64,000 nucleotides of DNA from Lama guanicoe (lineage: Eukaryota): assembly GCA_013239625.1 (NCBI GenBank), contig MU053652.1, forward strand, positions 9,154,507 through 9,218,506, written 5' to 3'. A program made the translations under genes and the position numbers. The notes beneath the pieces were generated by a model. That model was not told where the DNA came from. It did not search any database and saw only the letters and a program-made list of their open reading frames with translations. Of this stretch, positions 1-13,208 are shown piece after piece (position 1 is the first letter of the stretch; every line of letters starts with the position of its first letter).

Positions 1-3000
1 TGAGAACGTACATAATTGACAGAACGTAAGAATGTCTTCAAGAGAGGTAGGAGAAAGAGGAGCAAGTGAGGAGTAGCGTCCAAGGGACCCTGAGCTAGGT
101 GCAGATCCTGGGAAGTGGGAAGAGCATGGCGGACTAATGACAAAGGGGAGGGATGAGGGCCACAGGTGATTATGATAAAGAAACTATCCTACTGAAAGTC
201 CACACTTGAGCAGAACTGACACCAGTCTGGAGCAGAAACAACAGGGCACATGCGGCTTATCCGTGCGACTACAGATGTAGTGTATTCTGACACACTGATA
301 TGGAAACACTGGGTTTGATACCCACTTTTAAGATCACAAAATTAAAATCTCTTTGAGTTCCCCTAAAATCCAGTTCTATAAGCTGGTTAAAAGGTTTCTA
401 TTTATTTTTCATTGCATTTTAAAGTTGTAAAATGCCTTAAGGGACCTAGTGCAGTATGACAGCTGACACAAGAATCCCTTCCCCAGCATCTTTGATGTAT
501 AAAGAAGGTCTCGTATGAACACCTTCAGGGACAAGGGGCTTACTTCTTTATGGGGACCATCTGTAGTTACTAGACATTTCTTATACCAACCGAGAACGTA
601 GTCCCTTGTAAGCAATCTCCAAATGGTACACAAAGAGGAGGCTCTCCTATTCCAAGTAAATCCCACCAACCATAACGTACTCAGCTGCATTCTAGACTCT
701 CTTGCCTACCTGAGCCTCAAATGAGATTACCTTAAAATTTCAAAACATTTGGGAGGGAGAGGTAGAATATATAGCTAGAGAAAGATGGATGGATGGATAG
801 ATAGATGGATAGAGGACATGTCTGGGATAATGGGAAGAAGACATATAGGTAATGAAGTTTAACAAATTACTAGTATTCATTGTAGTATCTGGGTAAATAC
901 CAGCTCTATTCTTTTCAGCTGTGTAATCAAATACTTGTTGGTTTTAGAAAACAAGTGGTCCAATAATGTTACTTGCATTAATAAGTAACAAGGAAATGTA
1001 TAAATCATGCCAATAAGCTTGTAAGTGGGAAAACTAAAATTAAAACAGTACAGGATGAATTCTGGATGAAAAGCATCTGAATTGGATTAGTTAGGTACAC
1101 TTTCTAGTGCAGTCTTCCCAGGAAGTGACATTCTTCTTAAAAGACTGCATGATACTAAGAGGCCACCATGCTGGGTTGATAGTTACCTTCAGTGACCCAC
1201 AGGTTTGAATTCAAAATCAAGAGAGAATCCATATCGCTTCTCTTCCCCCTCTCCAGAGCCAAAACAACTGTGTCTGTGGAAAGTTCTGTTTCACATTGCT
1301 TTTGATGGAGTGCTGCTTTGGTGTTTTTTAGATTCTAACTATTCAAAAAGCTTTCAAAAATTCACCCTCTATCATCTTTAAAAAGAACGTTTAAAACATA
1401 TTCCTTACGGAAGGAATTTTGCATCTTAGAAACTTACGATTTGGCTCATGTAAATTATACCTTAAAACATCTGGAAAATAATTTCAAGGCATGTTATTTA
1501 ACGTATGACAAGATTCAGTATCCATGGTCCATCTGTTCTGTATCAGCAGTGTACGTCTTCGCGTCTATGTGCTAAGTGTTGATAACTGTCTCCTGCTAAT
1601 TATCACTCAGTCATGATGAAAAAAGTGATGACTGTTTTAAACTTGTAGACATAGGTCCTATCAATCAATGTTAATCCGATTATTTAATTTACACCTTTTC
1701 ATCACAGTATTTAGAATTAAAAGCTAGAAATGTGTAATTATTATTCCATTTTTGGATCCTTATACAAATATGAAACAATATTCATCATGCTGTATTCATC
1801 ACAGAAGCCCTAAAGAAAGTCTGACTGCAATCTTAAAGATGATTTCATGGACCCTCCCCACTAGTGGTAAAAAGAGGTCACTGATTCTTTGCTGGGTAAG
1901 TGTCTGGTCCAAGGTCATGTAGCAAATGTCAGGACGATATGGGAAAGTGACCCTGATTTCATCACTTCTAATTTGTTCTGTCTTTCTGCTACAACATGCT
2001 TTCCATCAAGATTCACACAAAACATAGAAGACCACCTTAAGTTAGGTAAATTAGACAAAAGAGAGGATTTACTATACCACTTTGAGACTATTTTTCTCTC
2101 CTAAAAAATTAGATTAGAGAAGTGTTTAAATATATAAACTGGAAAAATTTAGAAGGAAAAGACCATGTTATTATCAGGACTCTTATTGGTATGCCATTAG
2201 ATTTGTAAACCTTTCTACAGGCTGCAGCTTCCACCAAGGTTTAGAATGTTTTCTTATTGGCTAGTGAAAAGGGCCATATTGCTTAAAAATGCAGCTACAC
2301 TGGAATTTGAATAATTCTCACAAACTTTAAAGAATGCACTAACATGGTCATTCTGTAATTCAGCAAATTGCTAAGTTATTATTTGCTGAATTACAAAATG
2401 CCCCTAGTGCATTTGTATTACTGACCTAAAAAGTTACATTTTGAAGCGAATTGACTTCATATGGTTGTGAATCAGAGAGATATGAGTAACAAATCTTATA
2501 AGGATATGTGATAGCTAGATACAAAAATACATACATAAAACCATGAGTGCTCATGTTTTTAACTATTTCTGTACTCAAGTTATGTGTTATTTGTGAAGAA
2601 AAGAGAGACATTCGTGAGAAAAGAGAAACATTTTATCGATGAAAGTCAAATTAATATTTTCCAACTTGTAATTTTACCTTTTTTTCTCCACATTAAGTAC
2701 AGATGAAATGACCCATAAATAACAGGAGATAAAAACCACTCCAGATTTGAATTTTCCATGAAATCTCAAATCATATTAAATAAGACACTGATTTTAAAAT
2801 TTGTAGAAAATAAACTTGGGATATTAAATAACAGAGATGAAGAGACTTATTCTACTTATTTCAACCTTGTGACTATAAACTGACATCTTTATTGAGATTT
2901 ATTCAAATGTTATTTACTATGAAGTAAAATTTGGTCCTATTTTCCCTCCTATTTTATATTTGTTTAAACTCATTTTCCATTAACTTCAAAAATTGGCTTG

Positions 3001-3483
3001 GCAGAGAAAATCAGATTAGATATAAAGCAGTAATACGAGCAAACATGGTATCAATGTGGCCAAGAATTTTGGCCAACAAGCCCTGTGGGGAGTAGGAAGA
3101 AAAGAAATATGAATTTTTTGTTGAGTAGACATTTATGGACGAGGTACTGGATTCATGGTACTGTTCTAAGCATGGAATCTTCTGTAAAAAGAGACACTGC
3201 AGTAACAGGGATCGCTAAAGAAAATGGTTTTGTTTGCACCATGTTATGAACAAAACAGACCCCTAACCCATGGAGAGTAATAAAAGCACGATCTGTTCTC
3301 CATAGCCTGCAGTCTACTCTGTTCTGTCAAAGAAGGCAGATGTGAAATACAGGTGCTCATGTAAACATTCCACCTTAGCCACCAATGTGCAACCACATGC
3401 GGCTACAGGAAAATTCTTTCTTCTTAATAAGCATAAATTTCTTGACAGCAAGGACTCTCATTCATTTGTTCATTCATTCACTT

Positions 3484-3640
3484 AAAAACTTTTCTTAAAT
3501 TTTTATTTATTTATTTAATCTTTTTTGGGGGAGGAGCTAATTAGGTTTATTCACCCATTTACTTAATGGAGGTACTGAGGGTTGAACCCAGGACACATGC
3601 ATGCTAGGCATTCACTCTACCACTGAGCTATACCCTCCTC
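3484..3640 (-). mobile_element. tRNA-derived SINE (camelid Vic-1-like)
   Basis: Reverse complement reads GAGGGTATAGCTCAGTGGTAGAG...CTGGGTTCAACCCTCAGTACCTCC (Pol III A and B boxes), then an A-rich tail; flanked by near-identical cattcattcactt / cattcatttactt (target-site duplication). Confidence 0.85.
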
Positions 3641-4675
3641 AGCATTCATTTACTTTTTCTACTTTCCCATAGTAGTTAACATAGTACTAGGCATATGGGA
3701 AACAATAAATATTTTTGAAGACAGTAAATATTTTTGAATGAACTAAGAGAATATACTTTGGAATAACACAAAGAGAGGTGATATGAACGTATAGAAAGAT
3801 GTTGCTAAACAGAAAGGAATTACAAATCTTCTGAACAAAATTCTCTTTAAAAGTAGAAAGTACTAAGCTATGTCCTTTCTTAGTTTGCAGATAGGACTTC
3901 TTGAATCATCATAAAGTCTTTGTTTTCCAACAGACTGTTGTAACAGTTAAACTGATTTGCATTGTGCCCCTAGTAAACTTACCAATTTGCAGAATTCTCT
4001 GCTTGCTATATAGGATGGGAAGCTTATGATGGGTGCAATGTTCCTTGTCCTTTAAAGGTTTTAACAGGTTACTGATAAGAATGAAGCTATCTTTCACCCG
4101 CAAGGCAAATTCCAATGAATTTAAAAATCCTATGCATCTTAGTCTAGTCTATTTTCTAGTTATACTTATATTCCAATGCTTGATTTTTGCTGTTGTACAC
4201 GGGTTAGCATTTTTTGTTATTAGTATGCAGTTGATATGTATCTTATACAAAATCCACTGCTATAAAATTTTTTATTATATCAAAAATCATGTTTTCCAAA
4301 ATAATACCTTTTAAAGTTATGACAGTTGGAGCATTTAAAGTGGGAAGTTTGGATTTATGTCAAATGCTATGATAATGTTTGAATGCTAATTAGATTAACA
4401 TGAATGTGCAACTGTCAAAATACTGCGGTAAACGTTAACTGAGCTAAACTTCCTCCCTTTTACTCTTAATTGTTTGACAGAAGTGATAAATAATCAAATC
4501 TCTTATTACTATATCTTTGGATTTACAAATTCACCTTATTCAGCTAGCTGGATAAATTCATGGTAGCTCTCAAGTAAAAGACCTTTTGAATATGCTTTGA
4601 AGAACGTTCAGGTAACCAACAGGCAAAATCAGAGCTCTATGAAACATACAGTTCCTCAACAAACACTCAACTTAC

Positions 4676-4820
4676 CTCCAGTAGATGAGAATACCCACAA
4701 GAACCACTAGACAGATAAAAGTCAGGGCTGACACGATCACGAGGGGTATAACTGCCTTCTTCTCGGATTCCAACCCCTCAGCTAGACCAACGCGAGACTC
4801 ATGGCTACTATTACTGGCCT
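4676..4820 (-). CDS. PTPRZ1: PTPRZ1 exon 13 (145 nt), juxtamembrane region and transmembrane helix
   Basis: ctacag|AGGCCAGT...TACTGGAG|gtaagt; (E)[47 protein letters not shown](R); phase 1-2. Confidence 0.97.
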
Positions 4821-5003
4821 CTGTAGTCAGAGAAAATCGAGAGAGTTGACATTTTAAGCTGTAGGAAAAGTACATTTTTCAGCCGAATAACTGCAACCTT
4901 CATTGCTTTTGCTTACCTTTAAAATTTCAACTTTATGAAGCAACGAATGTCTGTGATTCTACGCTAATTTAAGTAACACAAAGTTTAAAAAGTAAGGCAG
5001 GCT

Positions 5004-5239
5004 ATACAGTTGCAAAAAAAAAAAAGTCACGGGTATGAGATGTGCAGTGTGAGGAATACAGGCAATCACTATGTAGTATCTTTGCATGATGACGTATCCT
5101 CACTAGACTTTCCATGGTGATCAGTTTGAAATGAATAGAAATACTGAATTACTATGTTGTGGAGCAGGGATTGACATAGAGTGGTAGGTCAACTATACTT
5201 CAAAAACAAATGAACAAATAAACTCAGAAAAAAAAAAAG
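5004..5239 (+). mobile_element. 5'-truncated L1 3' end with poly(A)
   Basis: L1 3'UTR-like text ending gtcaactatacttcaaaaa...A-run; exact 12-bp direct repeat gtaaggcaggct at 4992-5003 and 5240-5251. Confidence 0.85.
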
Positions 5240-6804
5240 GTAAGGCAGGCTTATTGGAGCTGAAGAATTATAATATCCCAACAAAGATTCACACCCAGGA
5301 AAAGGTGCCGGCCGTGGCAAGAAATGAGCATAATATTGCCTTGAAAAGCTTGTTAGAAGGGAAATGAAAGTATTAAAATAAGAAAACGATTCAGTTTTTA
5401 AATCAAATGATCAGGAAAAACAATGCTACTTACCGAATCACCATAGATAATCTCGATTTTCCAAAATTAATTGTAATGGAAATATTTTTAACCTCACAAT
5501 TAGGTAAGTAATTAGGAGCAATTAATAATTTCATGAAGACAGAATCTTAGGATAATGCTTTTTACATTAGGGTAAACCTTCATTCCAGTGAACCAAAATT
5601 TAAATGTAAGTTGCTTTTAAGACATTATTTTGAATACCCTTCTTACCAACTGTTTTTCTCAGTCAAAAATAAAAATCCTATTGCATGTGAATTGAAGGAA
5701 TGCCCAGATCTAAGAAATTCTTTTTATATATGCAAATGTCAATTATGAAAAAGTCAAAATTCTGTCTTTAGGTTAATTTTAAAAGGTGGCAAATAATGAT
5801 TTTTGTGACCAACCAGGAGCATTATTGTTCTAGCACTTTGAAAATCACTGCAACTGGAACTATCCTTCCAAATTGTTAAAAAAAAAAAAAAAGGATTCAG
5901 AACTGCAGGGTGTCATTGGCCAGTCACAATTCTTCCCTTCTACTTTGAGGCGTGTGCAGTGGGAAACCAAGATGACTGAACATTAGAACCGTTCTACCAT
6001 GATGACATGCTGACACTGCTACAAAGTAACAACCCTTATCCTGTCTACCTGTAGAAGTTCTGGAAGAACTAAATTTAAGTTCCTCATCAGACTCTGTATT
6101 GCTTTCTACACATCTGGTGCATTTGGTACTTTTATACCAAGTGTCTTACTATTAATGATATGAGACAATAGCAATCAATTTAAATTGAAAATATTTAAGA
6201 ACAAATTTGAGAGTCACAAATTCATAAATACAGCATTGAAATATACTTAACTGGAGAGAACTTAAGATTTTAAATGATAGCTTCCTTCTATAAGGAGAAA
6301 TGATATAGAAAGGGTCAAGAATTTAATCCACTTACACAGAAAATATATCAAAGGAGTATAAATGACACTCAGATTTCCCAAGATGTTTGTTTTCATGACT
6401 GCGGAAGCATGTTAGAAAAAAGTGGAATTCAAAAGTGTGACTAAAAAATCATAAAACTGTATGAAAAGTGGGACTATTGTAAGTCAACCGATCCCTGAGC
6501 TGTAGTTAATAGTCTTGTGAGAGAAGGCTGCACTTCACCTTCTATCATGTTAATCATACGCTCTGGTCATGACATCCTGTGGTGAGGCTCATGTAGAGGT
6601 CTATGTCATCTGATGGTGAATGTACTGATATTTCTTTATGAAACTTAGGAAAGCAAACTGATTTACATAGGATTGTCTTCTCATTTTCTACTGTAACTCT
6701 TGTTACCTAAATGGAATGTTCATGGTTAATAAATGAAATAATCCACTTAGCGCAGTCCCTGGTAGCTAGAAATTACAAATGGAGGTTAGCATTATTATCT
6801 ACTT

Positions 6805-7000
6805 CAGTCATTCTTGAAGTATGCTCCCCAGAACAGTGGCAGCAGCATCACCTGGAACTTATGAGAAATGCACATTTCAGACCCCATCCCAACCATACCA
6901 AATCTAATGAATCAGAAACTCTGCAGGTAAGACCCAGCAAGCTCTGTTTTAACAAGCCCTCCAGGTGATTTTGATCCACATTAAAGTTTGAGAACCAATG
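6805..7000. mobile_element. MER5A-like hAT-Charlie DNA transposon relic
   Basis: gcagcagcatcacctggaactt...gaaatgca...gaatcagaaactctg...ttttaacaagccctccaggtgatt...aagtttgagaacca. Confidence 0.85.
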
Positions 7001-9670
7001 ATGTACATTAACTTATATACAAAGTGAACTTATTTAATTATTTAGGTCTTTGATGACCACAAATATTTGTTGCAATATGTATATAGGTATATGAACATAT
7101 ATATGTATGTATCTTGATATATTTGCATACATATATATGAAATACTTCTGATCAAATATGCAATACATATGTAAGATATATAACAAAATATGTAACAAAT
7201 TATCATACGGATTTATCACATGCACTATACACACGCACTAACACACACATATGCACGCACACATAGTCTTTTGTACAGACTTTTCTCATAAGTTCTCTGG
7301 GAGGTTGGATTTTAAAATAAACCTTTTAATTGAGGAGTTAGAATGATAAATCCATGGTAATTACACATTCTGAAACCGAGGTGTTTTATACAAGATGAGA
7401 TTCCACATGAAAGTACAGACAATCACCTGGCTGCTTTGCATACTATAATGAGCAGCTACTTGTATTGATTTTTAAATTCAATAATTACGGCTAAAGTTTT
7501 TTTTGATATGACTCCATAGTGTATATGGGTTACCTAAATGGTAAGAATCTACTACTAGATGATTAGGAAGATTAATTAAGATTAATATTTAAAAATACAT
7601 TTTGAGAATAAAACAGTATAATTTTGGTATTACAAATTAAGCATTGTATATATTCTATTGTCCTCAATCATGAAAACATAGTCTCTAGAAGCTGGACACC
7701 AATAGTATGTTTCCAGTCTCAGTTTTGTACTGACTCCCTCTGGGACCTACGTCAAGCAATCTAGTATCTTTGGATCTCAGTTTATGGACTCATAAATTGC
7801 AGATACTAATATCTGCCTTATCTATATTGTTTTGAGGAACATGTCTTGTAAATTATTCTACATTCTAGAAGTTGATGATAAAATGATAAATTTCAGAATT
7901 AGTCTATATGCATAAGAGGCATATTCAATTATTGGATAAGACAGACTACATAGGATTTTTTACAGAGATAGCTTTAAAAACAGGCAACAATATCCCCCAA
8001 ACCTGTTTGATCTTATTTACGTCATTAATGATGTTACTTGATGACGCTGGATGTTAATCGCATTTTCTCCTCATCAGTGGGAGAACACACCCTTTAAATA
8101 AATCTGATTTGAGAGTGGAAGAGAAATTGCTAAGTCTTAGTCAATACTAGGTTTGGCATTTTGCAATATATAAAGTCTTTCCATAACAGCATAATCTAGC
8201 AAGAACATATAGATGATGTCACTTACCTAGTAAGATAGAAAATTGGATGAGTTCCTGATGCTTTCCTTTAAAATAGATCTAATAAAAATTTTAAAACTAC
8301 AAGTACTATAATTGAAGCCAGATAACAATCCATATATATGGCAACACTAATGAATATGGTGACCCAAGAGTTCATGATTCATTTTCACATAACAGAGTGT
8401 AAGTGTTTAAACTGGAGTGCAATGTTAAATTGGTCTCAAGTCAGAATGCAGAAAAAACTTCTCTATCAAAATGTACAAACTTTTAATTGATGCTGCACTG
8501 AAGGAAAAGCATACAACTAATTCAAGGGAAATAACACAGAGGAAAAACATCCTAATGAGATTGGTGTCTACGTTCTGGATTTTAAATATCCACTTTTATG
8601 CGATAAGAGTGTAAGAGGTTACTTCAGCCTATCTTTTGACTTACCACTGAGATTTAAATATTCTCATTGTTAATTTAAAAAATGCCTTAAAATTTAACAA
8701 AAGCAAATTATAAAACTCATGATCAATGCAATGAAATCATCTAGTATTTCACCTGCTTCAGGGTATTGAATTTCCCTTTTTTCCCCATTGGCATCTAATG
8801 CCAACATCTGTATTATATACGCTGCAAGTAATCTGCTCGAAGAAACATCTGGCAGATAAATTCATCTGCGTAAAATACATTAACAACTGAAATGCATTTC
8901 TACAGAAAATGCTCTAGTGTTGTACATCTTGTCATATAATACTTATACATACCATGCATATTAATGCTCATTATTTAACTTCTTGGAAAGCTGTACCATA
9001 GCAAGTAGGAAGCAGAATGTATTTTGTGAGTTCACACTGCCCTCTTCAGACAACATTAACGTAATCAAAGGCATTTTTTAAAAAATTAAAACCTTAAAAA
9101 AAAAAATCTTACCGCTAACTCTCAAAACTTAGTAAGAGAACTTTTTTTTAAAGCTCCCAAGCTGATGCAGATGTGCAAATTACCTAATTCCTTTCCACTG
9201 GATGGGTCAGAGAAAGGTGCATATATCATATTACTATCAGAGTTTATAATTCATTTTCTACTTCGATAGAATTAGTTTACAACTTATTTTGGAATATAAG
9301 TAAACATTAAAATTAAAATCATCTAAAACACACTCCAATCTATTATTTAAAAAGCAGCATACTAAAAATGTATTATGCACACAGAATTGCTCCATGTAAC
9401 AGGTATCTTGTAGAATATGAAAAAAAAAATTGACAATAGATAAAAATCAACTTATCTCTTTTAGAGAGAATTGAATTAAGGCCCAAAACATGTTGAGTAT
9501 TCATTTGAAATAATGAATAAAATCAGGCTTTAAAAAGTGTAAATTGATTTGTAAATATCTTGATTTAAAAAATGGTGGTCATTTTACCAAATTTCTCTCT
9601 CCATGATTTTTCTATTTTTTGAGGACGCAAGCCACCACAGCTCAATCTATCCTTTGGATCCATAACTAAC

Positions 9671-12600
9671 CTGCCTCTGAAATGTTGAACACTTCTGAGT
9701 GCCCGCTACTAACAGTCGGTGTCGAGGACTGTGGGGGTCCAGGAGTCTTTTCTGAGTCACCTGCTTCCGGGACCCCAACGCCATCTCTTTCATTAACATC
9801 TGGAAAACTGAAATCTGTGGAAGTCTCGTTATCATTAAGGCTATCTGAGGCAGCTTGCCCCGATCCACTCTCTTCATCACTTGTGAGAACTGCCCATGCT
9901 TTAGACTCTGGGGTGAAAGGAGGCAGGGCATTCCCAGTCTGAATGTCATTTTCCTGTTTTCCATCATCGTGCTTTGGGGGTGGCACATTTGTTGTTGCTG
10001 GTTTATCAGTCTGACTGTCTGATATTACACCTGTGGCTTTATTTTCCTCTTCAGATTTCTCAGATAGTGAGTATGAGATTGGGTTATTCTGATCCACAAG
10101 ACCGTTTTCCTGGCTGTCTGAATCATTCATTACCTTTTCCTGTGATTCTTTATAGGAGAAGCATGACATGCACTTATTTATGGATAAGCCACCTCTATCT
10201 CTGTCATCATAATCATCATCATCGTAATCATCACTGTCACCATTGTCACCACCACCCACTAAATCGGCATCAGATCTGGCACTCTGAATCAGCTCCGAAG
10301 TTGTTCTAGAAGGAAACAGCAACTTGGTTGTGGTTACAGAACCATCTTTGCTGGGAGAAACAGCTGTAACGGAAACATATTCATACACATTTCCTAAGGG
10401 AACAGAACGATCAGCAGTTACAACTGTAGGAACGCCAGCCAACACCTCATCAGAAGCAGGACCCTTGGTGGAGGTGAAGACTTCATCAGAATAAATAAAC
10501 GTGTTTATAAGTGTATCTGGGTGTGCATCAGCTGATAAGACAGGGGTAGCAAATGCATGCTTTCCTTCTGGGGGAAAGGCAGGGTTAAGCTCCAAATTGG
10601 CAGTTTGGAATAACGCATCAGTACTGTACAAGGAGGGTACCACTTGCTGGGAACTTTCACTTTTAAGCAAAACTGGTTCAAAATATTTCTCACTTGCGTA
10701 AGAAATGGTTAAACCTTGAAGTGAAGCAGCGTGCATATTAGAAGTAGGCGATACACCAGAGACCGGTACAGATGCAGAGGGCTGCGTGTTTTCACTTGAA
10801 GCAGAATCTGATGCCATGAGATGCAATGCTGTTGAACTAATTTGATCAACCTTGGGGGTTTCAGCCAACACTGGGTCACTAGGCACAGCTGGAAGAGCAG
10901 TTCTAAGCAACGTGTCAACAGCAGAAGCCTGAAAGGAAGGCTGCAGCAACGCTTCAGTATTAAAAGAAGCTGAGGGCTCATAAAATAAGAGCTGGGTTGA
11001 AGGAGATAACATTTCACTAGAAGCAGGGTCAGCGGAGGCTGGCTCTGAGTTTGCACTAAGCACAGGTTTAAGTGAAGTATCACCAAATGCTTGAGATACA
11101 GCATGTGAAGACTGAACTAAAAAGTTATTTTCTGGAACTTGACTAATCTCACGATCAAAAAGCTTAGTAGCGGGATAAGCAAGCAGCCCTGGAAGTACGC
11201 CCTTTGTGCTAGACATGGAGACAGGGGACTCCTGTAAAGACGCATTCGACTTATTTACATGATCATACAGGTCAGGCAAGACTGCGCTTCCAGAACGGTA
11301 AGCCGGCTCACTGAAAGGAGAAATTTGCTGTTCAGTCTCATTGCCACGTATCATCTCACTTTTAGAAAGCCGCTTGTTATCATCACCAAACAAAGGTGAT
11401 GGATGTGTAAATTCGGCTACAGAAACAGGTGAAGACACGTTAAGACCATCTGTGTCAGGTAAAGGAAACTCTCTATCAGAGGAGGCTCCAGACCACTCCC
11501 CATCACCAGAGAGGCCATGAGTAGGCGGAGGCAACGACGCGGTTGGGGTTACTAAGAAAGACTTAGGCATCGGTGTGTGGCTAGGGCTGCTAAAGAGGGA
11601 AGCCTGAGCAGAATCCTGCACAGGTACTGCAGAACCGTAAGGAACAGTGAAGAAGTGTTGGGAGCCCTCATTATTACTTAAGGCATAAGAAGGTTCAGGC
11701 CCTGAAGAACGTGCATGCATCACGGCCTCACTGCTGGACGGTTCAACTTGAGAAAACAGAAGCGTTTTATAAAGGACACCAGGTTCACTACCGCCAAATT
11801 CCACGGTCTCTGAAGCAGCACGAGCAGTGGTCTGATGTGACAGCACATCAGAGTACGGAGCAAGGCTGGGCTCTAACAGCGCATCACCCCCAGCCACTGG
11901 CAGAGAAGCATGCAGGGACACCTGATCACTCTCAAGAGCTGAAGTGACGTGTGGAAGGATTTCAGAGACTGTATACACATGGCGAAGCAATTCACTACTG
12001 AAGGAAGCAGAGGAGAATGGAAGCAAAGGCGCACCATCATAGGAAGACAGGATGGATTCAAACGACACACCGACACTGGGAAATACAGGTGTAGCATGCA
12101 AGGCCGAATCACTACCTGAAGCAGCAGGGGTAGTGTTGAGGATCTGATTGTCAAGCAACAAAGGGGTGGCTAGAGGAAAGACGTCACTACTGTAGGAAGG
12201 TTGAACAGGTGTCTCACCGTTGTAGACTGGCTGGGTTGTCTGCGAGTGGACCCCGTGGACGGTGGGGACTGAATCATGCTGTCCGGAGGACGGAGTAAAA
12301 GCATGAGGATTTACCTCCGTTGGGAAGGACGCAAAGGTAGGATAATGTGGCATCTCCATATCCGTGAGCGAGGGGCCCTGTGACACCACGGGGCCTGGGG
12401 AAGAGGACTCGGTGGTCTTCTCGGGTTCATCAATGTCTGTCTCGGTGTCATTAGTCTGGGGAAAGCCCTCTCTACCTGATCCGACATCGGGCTGTGTCGT
12501 CACATCTGTGGTATCAGGAAACCACACATTTCCATCAAGGGAAGGGTCCCCGAGAGACTCCTCCGAACCTGAGGACGCTGAATCTTCAGAAGCATTTCTT

Positions 12601-13208
12601 GTAGATGCTGGTACAAGGACATCGTATGTGACTGCCTCTGGGTTTTCTGAAGAAGTTTCGTAGCCATGGGATCTGTTCTCAGAGATGAACGGCACAGCCG
12701 AAGTTGCAGGACTGGAGCCTGAAGAATCATCAGCTTCCGTATCGAGCTTGAAACTGGTCAATAAACTCTCTTCCTCACTGATGTCGGTAGATGCCTCTGG
12801 AGATTCTGTTCCAGAAACCGTATGGAAAGATTCCACAGTCCCAGACAAGTTCATCTGTGGAACTCGGACAACACCATCACTCAGAGAGGCCGAAGTGTCT
12901 TCCAGAGTGAGAGGTGGCAGCTGGGTCACAGGGCGTGAAGTCAAAGGGACACCTTTTTCTGGGGCTAGTTCAGTGACTAGTTGGGAAGTGGAATCTAAGG
13001 ATGTGTTGGGAGTACCACCCTTTCCAGAGAATTCACTTCCTCTCGTTGGGGACCGGTTAGTCTTGGCTTCATTGTACTTAGCCCCTCCTCGGTTGTAGTT
13101 TGTCGTGGTAGGAATCTGGGGTTCCTTCCTCCTTATTTGGTTTGTGGCACTGTCTCTACCAGGATTCACAATGGTGTCTTCTTCAATGTCTCTTCCCTCT
13201 TCTTCCTC
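9671..13208 (-). CDS. PTPRZ1: PTPRZ1 exon 12, long form (3538 nt): Ser/Thr/Pro/acidic spacer carrying chondroitin-sulfate attachment sites
   Basis: Inside the 1194-aa ORF 9666..13250; ttcaaag|GAGGAAGAAGAG...GAGGCAG|gttagt; Ser-Gly sites in acidic context ([27 protein letters not shown]); phase 0-1. Confidence 0.97.
12212..12220 (-). other. PTPRZ1: Internal alternative 5' splice site in exon 12 (short receptor isoform)
   Basis: ACG|GTGAGA right after QPVYN; same phase (1) as the distal donor, so using it removes 2547 nt (849 codons) in frame; matches the known short isoform junction. Confidence 0.88.

Noticed and set aside
1610..1640. C/D-box snoRNA suggested by ATGATGA/GTGATGA motifs
   Set aside because: Motifs are antisense to the host transcript, and no terminal stem or suitably placed CTGA was seen.
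1..4675. PTPRZ1 exon 14 (KCFQTAHFYLED...)
   Set aside because: Not found by eye; presumably beyond the left edge of the window.
9647..13098. Antisense and alternate-frame ORFs overlapping exon 12 (for example 12685..13098, 12364..12663, 10709..11104)
   Set aside because: Expected shadow ORFs of a long, relatively GC-rich coding exon; no recognisable protein similarity.
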